64,000 bases of DNA, from assembly GCA_027028505.1 (NCBI GenBank), contig JALVJE010000138.1, positions 1 to 64,000 on the forward strand. The letters run 5' to 3'. The DNA is from Bacteroidales bacterium. GTDB taxonomy: Bacteria > Bacteroidota > Bacteroidia > Bacteroidales > VadinHA17. Of this stretch, positions 54,131-61,613 are shown piece after piece. Each line of letters opens with the position of its first letter. The stretch's first letter is position 1. Made by a program: the position numbers and the translations under genes. A model generated the notes under the pieces. That model worked only from the letters and a program-made list of their open reading frames with translations, ran no database searches and was not told where the DNA came from.

Positions 54131-55213
54131 ATGCAAAATGTATGCATCATATCCGATACAATCGCCGGATTTACCTATAAGTATTTTCTGAAAGTTGGAG
54201 CGGAGCGGAAATCCCGACACGCAGTCGTCGGGAACCATCTAGGCAATACCAGGGTGAGCTTCACCGACAACAACGGCACGGCCATGCGCACGCAGGAAGA
54301 CTCATACTCCCCCTACGGCATGCGCCAGGGCGGACTGAGCTACAGCAACGGGGTGGAGAATAAATACCTGTACAATCCCGAAAGTTTTAGATTCTCTGAA
54401 TCTTTAGACTTTCGAGGATCCCCGCCGGCTGACGCCGTTCGGACAGGCTCGAAAAACAACGCAAATCTCCCTGCGCCCCGAGCCGGGGTGCTGAGATTTG
54501 CTGTTTTTCGGGACGGCAAGGAGCTCCAGGACGATGACCTGGGTGGGGTGAAGCTGGGGTGGTCCCGACTTACGTCGAGGATAAGCGATAACCAGGGTTT
54601 TCGCTTCGTCTCCTCCGGAAACTCGCAAAAACCCGGTTCCTGCTTATATGATTATGGGGCGAGGTTTTATGATGCGGCGTTAGGGAGGGGGACAACACCG
54701 GACCCGCTGGCACAATATTCTAGTAGATATATATATGTAGGAAATAATCCGATTTTAAAAAACGATCCTACCGGTTTATTAGATGTTGATGTAGTAAATG
54801 GTTCCACATTATCCCCAATGCAACAGGACCTCCTGGATTCTCGTAACTATAAATTATGGCCTTATCATGCTGATGAGGATTATCATTTAGGCAAGGATCC
54901 TGGCATCTGGACTTCTAGCTCAAGGATTACTCGGAATTCAGATAATAATGCTTCCCCGGGTTTAAAAGATTATATTTTAAGTTTATGGCATAGTTTTATT
55001 TCTCAATTTTCATTAACTGATAACAAAGCCATACTTTATAAGAAATATGGTGAAGGTGATCCTTCAGCAGTAAAAGAAGTACAAAGACGGAATATTGCGA
55101 ATACTATAGTTAATACTGAAGTATCACCTTATCTTTCTTTATCGGTAGGAAAGCAAACAGCAGAAAATTATCCTTTAAGCGGTTGGGGATCATTGACACT
55201 TACAGGAAAATAA
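54131..55213 (+). CDS. Orphan Rhs/YD-repeat core C-terminal fragment 2 with DPxGL motif and an unrecognised C-terminal toxin domain (~145 aa)
   Basis: ..GNHLGNTRVSFTDNNG..YDYGARFYDAALGRGTTPDPLAQYSSRYIYVGNNPILKNDPTGLLDV then the variable C-terminus (..NYKLWPYHADEDYHLGKDPGIWTSSSRITRN..). Homology to fragment 1 starts at 54167. The in-frame ATG at 54131 is probably not a true start. Confidence 0.65.
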   Translation: MQNVCIISDTIAGFTYKYFLKVGAERKSRHAVVGNHLGNTRVSFTDNNGTAMRTQEDSYSPYGMRQGGLSYSNGVENKYLYNPESFRFSESLDFRGSPPADAVRTGSKNNANLPAPRAGVLRFAVFRDGKELQDDDLGGVKLGWSRLTSRISDNQGFRFVSSGNSQKPGSCLYDYGARFYDAALGRGTTPDPLAQYSSRYIYVGNNPILKNDPTGLLDVDVVNGSTLSPMQQDLLDSRNYKLWPYHADEDYHLGKDPGIWTSSSRITRNSDNNASPGLKDYILSLWHSFISQFSLTDNKAILYKKYGEGDPSAVKEVQRRNIANTIVNTEVSPYLSLSVGKQTAENYPLSGWGSLTLTGK

Positions 55214-55530
55214 GGTACTACCCATTCTTAGGACCACTTCTGGCTATTTCTTAATTGAATTTTTTAAATCTGTGAAAGGACTTGCAGAAACGATCTGCTG
55301 ATCCAGGCCCTCCGGGATCTTTTATGACAACAACAAAAGCAGCATCAACGTATTAAAAGCCGTTTTTTAATACGTTGTAAAAAGTTATGTTATGTCATAA
55401 ATTTCTCGCTTTCGTTTTTGGCTTGGGGTGGGCCAGGCACCGCCTCCGCCTTTGGCTATGGCTGACAAAGTACCACCTCGTCGGGCAGAGGAATAGCAAA
55501 GAGGCCCTTATTGAGAGTCGCTGCCGGGAC

Positions 55531-55800
55531 GGATGGTATTGCCTGCCTACCCTACCTACCCTACCTACCCTACCTACCGGCAGGCAGGCGGCAGGCAGGC
55601 TTCGGCCGGCTTCGCTACGACATCAAGCATCGTACTTCTTTATCCTTCCCTTTTCTCCCTACTCCCTACTCATTGCTCATTGCTCATTGCTCATTGCTAG
55701 TTCCTGAGTAGCCGCAGGCGTATCGAAGGGCTTCCGACTTTTCGACTTTTCGACTTTTAGACTTTTCGACTTTTAGACCCTTCGACTCTTCAACCTCTAC
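55531..55800. repeat. Composite repeat region: (cctaccta)n/(ggcaggc)n imperfect hairpin array + cattgctcattgctc + cgacttttcgactttt arrays (inverted copy of the modular arrays at 26.9 and 43.4 kb)
   Basis: cctacctaccctacctaccctacctaccctacctaccggcaggcaggcggcaggcaggc; cattgctcattgctcattgctcattgc (the reverse complement of gagcaatgag units); ccgacttttcgacttttcgacttttagacttttcgacttttagac (the reverse complement of aagtcgaaaagtc units). Confidence 0.65.
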
Positions 55801-57437
55801 TGACTGATATACGCCGGGTCGGGCAAGGTATCGCCGTACATCCGGCGGAGGCTGTCAAGACCTGCTTTGAGCGAGTCGATCACCCTGCCATAGGCTGCAT
55901 CGTGGTACAGATTGTGCATTTCATGGGGATCGTTTTGGAGATCGAAAAATTCCCACTCATCAAAATCATAATAGAAATGGATCAGCTTGTACCGGTCGGT
56001 GCGGATGCCGTAATGACGACGGGTGAAATGCTCGCAGGGGAATTCGTAATAATGATAATAAAGCGCTTTTCGCCATCCGGCAGGAGGCGTGTTCTGCTGC
56101 AGGAGAGGTTTCAGTGACACCCCCTGGATCTCCTGCGGCACGGTCACGCCGGCATAGTCGAGGAAGGTGGGAGCAAAATCGATGTTCTGCACCAGGGCAT
56201 TGATCTTTCCCTTTCTGACAAATCCGGGATAGTGCATGATCAGGGGGGTTCGGAAGGACTCCTCATACATGAAACGCTTGTCGAAGTAACCATGCTCGCC
56301 CAGGTAGAATCCCTGATCGGAGGAGTAGACCACGATGGTGTTCTTCATCAGGCCCTCTTTCTCCAGATAGTCCAGCAGACGGCCAACGTTCCTGTCCACG
56401 GAGGCCACACACCGCAGGTAGTCGGACAGGTAACGCCGCAGCTTCCAGACGGCCAGCTCTTTCCCTTTGAGATGTGCTTCCTTGAAAGCCCGGATCTTCG
56501 GATCATACTCGCGGTCCCAGACGGCCCGCTGCTGTGGGGTGAGGCGTTTCAGCATCCCTTCGATATAAGGACGGTAGCGGGTTTTGATCTCACCCTCCTT
56601 GTCCACCATCTTCAGGTCATAGGCCAGGTCCATGTCTTTGATGACACTCATCTTCTGCTCGCGGGCCGCCCGCCGGCCGGCATAATCGTCAAAGTAGTTG
56701 TCAGGAACCGGGAACTGTTCCTCCTCAAACAGGTGGAAGGTGGCCGTATCCGGCATCCAGGGGCGGTGGGGCGCTTTCTCATGCATCATCAGCAGAAAAG
56801 GCCGCGTGGTATCCCGCTGCTGCAACCACTGCAAAGCAAAATCGGTGATCAGGTTGGTGACATATCCCTCATGTCTTTTCCGCTCTCCCATCTCAATGAA
56901 ATCGGGATTGTAATACTGGCCCTGTCCCGGCAGGATATTCCAGTAATCGAAACCCACCGGCATGCTCTTGATGTGCCATTTCCCGATCATGGCCGTCTGG
57001 TAGCCGGCCCGGTGCAACAGTTTCGGGAAGGTCATCTGGGCCGTATCGAAGTCATTGTGTCCGCCCCGGTTGATGTAAAGGCCATTCTTGTTGCTGAACT
57101 TACCCGTGAGCAGGGCGGCCCGGCTGGGCGAGCAGAGCGAGTTGGTGACAAAAGCCCGGGTGAAGATCACCCCACCGTCAGCGATCCTGTCGAGGTTGGG
57201 GGTCTTGTTCAGCCCGCCGTTGTAACAGCTCATCGCCTGGTAGCCATGATCATCCGACATGATATACACGATATTGGGCCGCCTGGGCTGTGTAGTCTTT
57301 TCTTTTTTCTCCGTGCCGCAAGCCGAAGTAAAGAGAAGGATCAGAAAAACCGGAACAAGCACGAGGAGAATGCTTTTCTTCAGGAATAATGAGTTATTCT
57401 TCATAACAACAGGTTTTGATACAAAATGATCTTTCAA
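55797..57437 (-). CDS. Sulfatase (arylsulfatase/GlcNAc-6-sulfatase-like), canonical CSPSR motif
   Basis: NIVYIMSDDHGYQAMSCYNGG... and the active-site LCSPSRAALLTGKF. N-terminal signal/lipoprotein segment present. Confidence 0.85.
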   Translation of the reverse strand: MKDHFVSKPVVMKNNSLFLKKSILLVLVPVFLILLFTSACGTEKKEKTTQPRRPNIVYIMSDDHGYQAMSCYNGGLNKTPNLDRIADGGVIFTRAFVTNSLCSPSRAALLTGKFSNKNGLYINRGGHNDFDTAQMTFPKLLHRAGYQTAMIGKWHIKSMPVGFDYWNILPGQGQYYNPDFIEMGERKRHEGYVTNLITDFALQWLQQRDTTRPFLLMMHEKAPHRPWMPDTATFHLFEEEQFPVPDNYFDDYAGRRAAREQKMSVIKDMDLAYDLKMVDKEGEIKTRYRPYIEGMLKRLTPQQRAVWDREYDPKIRAFKEAHLKGKELAVWKLRRYLSDYLRCVASVDRNVGRLLDYLEKEGLMKNTIVVYSSDQGFYLGEHGYFDKRFMYEESFRTPLIMHYPGFVRKGKINALVQNIDFAPTFLDYAGVTVPQEIQGVSLKPLLQQNTPPAGWRKALYYHYYEFPCEHFTRRHYGIRTDRYKLIHFYYDFDEWEFFDLQNDPHEMHNLYHDAAYGRVIDSLKAGLDSLRRMYGDTLPDPAYISQ

Positions 57438-57533
57438 TGTTCATCGGTAATCGATAATCCCCGTCCGACCGGACGGTCGTCCCTGTCCGAATGGGCATTC
57501 GTCCGGGCGGACGGGCGGGGATCATCCTACCTC

Positions 57534-59882
57534 TTATTCCACAATGATCTCGTCGATAAAGAGCCAGGCTTTGCCGCCGGCGCCACGGTGCCAGTCGGGA
57601 CATACGCCGGCATTTTTTGCCCACACCCGCACGTAGCGGCCGTAAGTAGGCGGTATGTTCAGCACCAGAGCGACCGGCATCACCTGATCATCTTTTTTCA
57701 GCTCCCGGTAGAGGATGCCGCGGGTCATGAAATGATCACCGTTCACCGAGATGAATACGCGTATCTCGGGGGGCAGGAAAACCCAGGCGTTCTGGTCCTG
57801 CAGGCAGTTGACCGTAACGGCACGGATGGTATCCTTATGTCCCAGGTCAATAATGATAGTAGGGGTCACCTCTTCCCATCCCAGCCAGCGGCCGCTGTGC
57901 AGATCGGCACCGTCCTCGAGACAGTCGGTGAGGGCCTGGGGGCCGGGGTTGTAACGCCGCGAGGGTGGCACCGACAGCTTTACCGCGGCGCCGGCGGCCT
58001 TGTGTATCGTGAACTCCCGCAGGGTGATGCGCCCGATGCGATGGCTGTCACGGAAGGCGGCAGCCCTGACCGTCGTCACATGCTCCCGGATGGGGAATGG
58101 CTTCTCATACAGCGGTGAAGAGGGAGAGGGATCGCTGCCGTCGAGGGTATAATGGATGGGCACCCGGCCATGCTCGGTGGAGAGCTTCACGAGCAGTCCG
58201 CCGGTACTGTCCGGCTGTGCGTCCACCCGCACGTTGAACATGCTGGGGGCATAGCCGATGCCCAGGTTCTTCAGCCGGATAAGGTTATAGTCCAGCCGGT
58301 CGGTGAAATCATCCCACTGCCGCTTCGGTTTCGGGGTCCAGCCCACCTCGGCGATGGCCAGCAGGCGCGGGAAAAGCATGTAGTTGGCATCGGTCTCATT
58401 CCGGATCGACTCTCCCCACAGGTTGCCCTGCGTGCCCAGGATGAGACGGGCTTCCTGCGTACTCAGTACCTTCGGCACCGGATCGTAGGAGTATACTGTC
58501 GAGAGGAGCAGCCGCGAGTAGCCATAGGGAGGCTCCAGCTCGGGATCGCCCTGCTTCAGGTCGAGGTAGCAGTAGGTGGTAGGCGTCATCACCACCTCAT
58601 GGCCCATGCGGGCGGCCCGGATACCTCCCTGCTCACCCCGCCATGACATCACCGCCGCATTGGGCGCCAGGCCTCCCTGCAGGATCTCGTCCCAGCCGAT
58701 CATCTTCTTGCCCAGACCGTTGACGATCTTCTCCACACGGCGGATGAAGTAACTCTGCAGCTCCTCCACGTTCTTCATCCCTTCCCGTTTCATGAGATCG
58801 ATACAGAGGGGGTTCTTCTTCCAGTTGGTCTTGTTGCACTCATCCCCTCCCACATGGAACCACGGACCGGGGAAAAGGGGGAGCACCTCGGAAAGGACAC
58901 CTTTTATAAAATTATAAGTCTCTTCCTTGGCCGGACAGAGGGTATTGTCGGAGGCCACGCCGCCGGTGGCCACATAATAGGGCCCCGGGCCACAGGCGAT
59001 CTCCGGGTAAGAAGCGATGGTAGCCCGGGAATGTCCCGGCATATCGATCTCGGGCACCACGGTGATGAAACGGTCGGCAGCATATTGCACCACCTCCCTG
59101 ATCTGCTCCTGCGTGTAATACCCCCCGTAGGTGGCACTGTCGCCGGGTTTCTGTGGCGGGCGGCCCCACCAGGGCATGTCGTTGTAGTCGACGCGCCAGG
59201 CACCGATCTGTGTCAACCTGGGATAGCCTTTCACCTCGATACGCCATCCCTGGTCGTCGGTAAGATGCCAGTGGAAAGTGTTCATCCGGTAACGGGCCAG
59301 GTAATCCAGATTCTTTTTGATGAAGTCCAGGGGCAGGAAATGACGGCTCACATCCAGCATACCGCCACGCCAGGGGAAACGGGGTTTATCGAAGATCTCG
59401 ACGGCGGGGATCTTCCAGGCATCGGCCGTGTAGGTCGAGTCCTCGAGCTCGGGCGGGAAGAGCTGACGCAGTGTCTGCATGCCGTAGAAAGCCCCTGCCG
59501 GCGCTGCCGCCCGGATCATGATCCGCTGCGGCGTCACCACCAGCGCATAGCCTTCGCGGCCGAAACGCGCTGTGTCATCATCAAGACGCACTACGATCCC
59601 GTGGTCTTCTGTCGCAGCTCCCCCAGCATATACCGGTTTAAGTTTAAAGGAAGAGGAAGCATTCACATACCCCGCAAAGATATCTGCCGCCTTTTGCAGG
59701 GCTGCAGAAGTGTCCGCAAGCAGAAAAGGGGTCTTTTTATTCAGCAGGAAAGTTCCCTCTCCTTTCTTCAGTTCCAGGGGCAGGGGGATGATCTTCACCT
59801 CCGCCGGCGCCGGCACATGACGGGTACAGGAAGAGAGTAACAAAACAAAGACGGTACCCAGGGTAAAGATTGTGTTTTTCAT
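57534..59882 (-). CDS. GH20 beta-N-acetylhexosaminidase lipoprotein with C-terminal F5/8 type C (discoidin) domain
   Basis: HWHLTDDQGWRIE and HVGGDEC catalytic-region motifs of GH20. Lipoprotein signal MKNTIFTLGTVFVLLLSSC. Start set to this Met. The ORF-track start (59954) reads through a gagtatcgag tandem repeat. Confidence 0.85.
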   Translation of the reverse strand: MKNTIFTLGTVFVLLLSSCTRHVPAPAEVKIIPLPLELKKGEGTFLLNKKTPFLLADTSAALQKAADIFAGYVNASSSFKLKPVYAGGAATEDHGIVVRLDDDTARFGREGYALVVTPQRIMIRAAAPAGAFYGMQTLRQLFPPELEDSTYTADAWKIPAVEIFDKPRFPWRGGMLDVSRHFLPLDFIKKNLDYLARYRMNTFHWHLTDDQGWRIEVKGYPRLTQIGAWRVDYNDMPWWGRPPQKPGDSATYGGYYTQEQIREVVQYAADRFITVVPEIDMPGHSRATIASYPEIACGPGPYYVATGGVASDNTLCPAKEETYNFIKGVLSEVLPLFPGPWFHVGGDECNKTNWKKNPLCIDLMKREGMKNVEELQSYFIRRVEKIVNGLGKKMIGWDEILQGGLAPNAAVMSWRGEQGGIRAARMGHEVVMTPTTYCYLDLKQGDPELEPPYGYSRLLLSTVYSYDPVPKVLSTQEARLILGTQGNLWGESIRNETDANYMLFPRLLAIAEVGWTPKPKRQWDDFTDRLDYNLIRLKNLGIGYAPSMFNVRVDAQPDSTGGLLVKLSTEHGRVPIHYTLDGSDPSPSSPLYEKPFPIREHVTTVRAAAFRDSHRIGRITLREFTIHKAAGAAVKLSVPPSRRYNPGPQALTDCLEDGADLHSGRWLGWEEVTPTIIIDLGHKDTIRAVTVNCLQDQNAWVFLPPEIRVFISVNGDHFMTRGILYRELKKDDQVMPVALVLNIPPTYGRYVRVWAKNAGVCPDWHRGAGGKAWLFIDEIIVE

Positions 59883-59990
59883 AGTTACGGGTTTTGAGTA
59901 TCGGGTATCGAGTTTTGAGTTTTGAGTATCGAGTATCGAGTTGGTAGTTTTCAATCATTCAATCATTCAATCATTTACTCATTCCTTCCA
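59883..59990. repeat. Short-word tandem repeats (gagtatcgag / gagttttgag / caatcattcaatcatt)
   Basis: gggttttgagtatcgggtatcgagttttgagttttgagtatcgagtatcgagttggtagttttcaatcattcaatcattcaatcattt. Confidence 0.6.
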
Positions 59991-61449
59991 ACCGGAACGC
60001 GTACGCCAGGCCTCTGTCGCCGCCGAAGGTCGCCGGATCGTAGGGAGGCAGTTTGACCACCAGGTTCCCGTCGCGGTTCTCCCATTTCAGGGGTTTCTCA
60101 TATCCCAGGAGGGTCACCTGCATCCCCGGTTTGCCTTTCATCCCTTTGACGATCATCTCTTTTCCCGGCCAGCGGGGAGCGATGGCATAAAGGTTGCCCT
60201 CTTTTTGGGTAAAGAAAAGCTCTTTGACGGCATATCCCGGCTCGGGGTCGACGGTCTGTTTGAGGATATAATCACCACCGAGGTAATGCTGTTTGGGCTG
60301 ATAATCGCGCTTGCCTTTCGACCACTGCACCGGCTCTTTCCATTTGCGTGTGCCGTAGATGGCCTCGCCGTTCACCCTGAGCCAGTTGCCCATCTGCACG
60401 AGACGTTCCTGCATGATGACAGGTATCTTGCCATGGGCAGTGGGACCGATATCGAGCAGCAGGTTACCGCCCCGGCTGACGATGTCTACCAGCAGCAGCA
60501 CCAGGGCTTTGGCCGAGTTATAGTCCTGCAGGTCCTCGGCGCGGTTGTATCCGAACGAGAAGCCCATGCCGCGGCACTCCTCCCATGGCTTGTCGAAGGT
60601 GGCACCGGCTTTGTATTCGGTGGTGTAGTAACCTCCGTGCTTCTGGCGGCATCCCTTGCCCCAGCGGTCATTGATGACGATGGTCTGTGCCACGGGCGAG
60701 TCGTTGAAGAGCCATGCCAGCAGTTCGGGGGTGTGCCACCGCTCCGCCGTCATCATCCACTCCCCGTCGGGCCAGATGATGTCGGGTTTGTATTTATTGA
60801 TCAGATCCTTGAACTGCGGGAAGAAGTGTTGCGTTACGAACTTCTCCTTGTCTGCGATCCAGAGAGGATGGTACCATTCATACAGCGAATAGTAGATCCC
60901 GAATTTGATATCCGTTTTCCGCACAGCCTGTTCCAGCTCACCCAGCAGGTCGCGGTGGGGACCGATGTCCATGCTGTTCCAGGGAAATCCCCGGTCGTTG
61001 GCCTGGGGATTGGGCCACATGGTATATCCGTCGTGATGCTTGGAGGTGACCACGATGTATCTGGCGCCGGCACGCACGAAGAGGTCGGCCCAGGCCTCCG
61101 GATCGTACAACTCAGCTTTAAAATATTTGGCCAGATCGTAATAGGTCACGTCGCTGCCGAAGCGTTTCACATGGTAGTCATACACCTCGGTACCGGTGTA
61201 TTTTCCGTTACCGAACACCTTTTTCTCCTGCAGCCAGTACTGGTACCATTCGGAGTACGTGCCTTTGGGGCTCCAGGCCGGCACCGAATAGACACCCCAG
61301 TGAATAAAGATACCGAACTTGGCATCGGCGAACCAGGGTGCTACCGGCCGGGCATCCAGCGAAGCCCAGTCGGCCGTATAACGCTGCTGTGAAAAAACCA
61401 ACGGAGTGATCAGCAGGGAAAAAAGGAAAACAAAGGTTATTTTTTTCAT
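59971..61449 (-). CDS. GH29 alpha-L-fucosidase (second, divergent paralogue)
   Basis: Signal peptide MKKITFVFLFSLLITPLVFSQ then FGIFIHWGVYSVPAW, VTSKHHDGYTMWP. Start set to the internal Met. The ORF-track start is 61536. Confidence 0.85.
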   Translation of the reverse strand: MKKITFVFLFSLLITPLVFSQQRYTADWASLDARPVAPWFADAKFGIFIHWGVYSVPAWSPKGTYSEWYQYWLQEKKVFGNGKYTGTEVYDYHVKRFGSDVTYYDLAKYFKAELYDPEAWADLFVRAGARYIVVTSKHHDGYTMWPNPQANDRGFPWNSMDIGPHRDLLGELEQAVRKTDIKFGIYYSLYEWYHPLWIADKEKFVTQHFFPQFKDLINKYKPDIIWPDGEWMMTAERWHTPELLAWLFNDSPVAQTIVINDRWGKGCRQKHGGYYTTEYKAGATFDKPWEECRGMGFSFGYNRAEDLQDYNSAKALVLLLVDIVSRGGNLLLDIGPTAHGKIPVIMQERLVQMGNWLRVNGEAIYGTRKWKEPVQWSKGKRDYQPKQHYLGGDYILKQTVDPEPGYAVKELFFTQKEGNLYAIAPRWPGKEMIVKGMKGKPGMQVTLLGYEKPLKWENRDGNLVVKLPPYDPATFGGDRGLAYAFRLEGMSK

Positions 61450-61613
61450 TTCGGTAAGTAAAAATAAAATAATACAGAAAGTATTCTCGTGTGGTAAAGA
61501 TAAAAACAATACAGGAGAACAGGGAGAAGGAAGCAAGAAAACAGATTGTTTTTTAAAAAAATATCCTTATTTTTGTTGTACCATTTGTGCCATAAAAACT
61601 CTATTTTCCCCTC

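Noticed and set aside
55387-55707. 106-aa plus-strand ORF (possible immunity gene after the Rhs toxin domain)
   Set aside because: It reads through the cctacc/ggcagg and cattgctc tandem arrays (LPTLPTLPT..., SLLIAHCSLLIA...). A repeat translation artefact rather than an immunity protein.
56232-57389. 385-aa plus-strand ORF
   Set aside because: Antisense to the canonical CSPSR sulfatase.
58854-59840. 328-aa plus-strand ORF (and 59941-61392, 483 aa)
   Set aside because: Antisense to the GH20 and GH29 genes respectively. Both sense genes carry diagnostic catalytic motifs.
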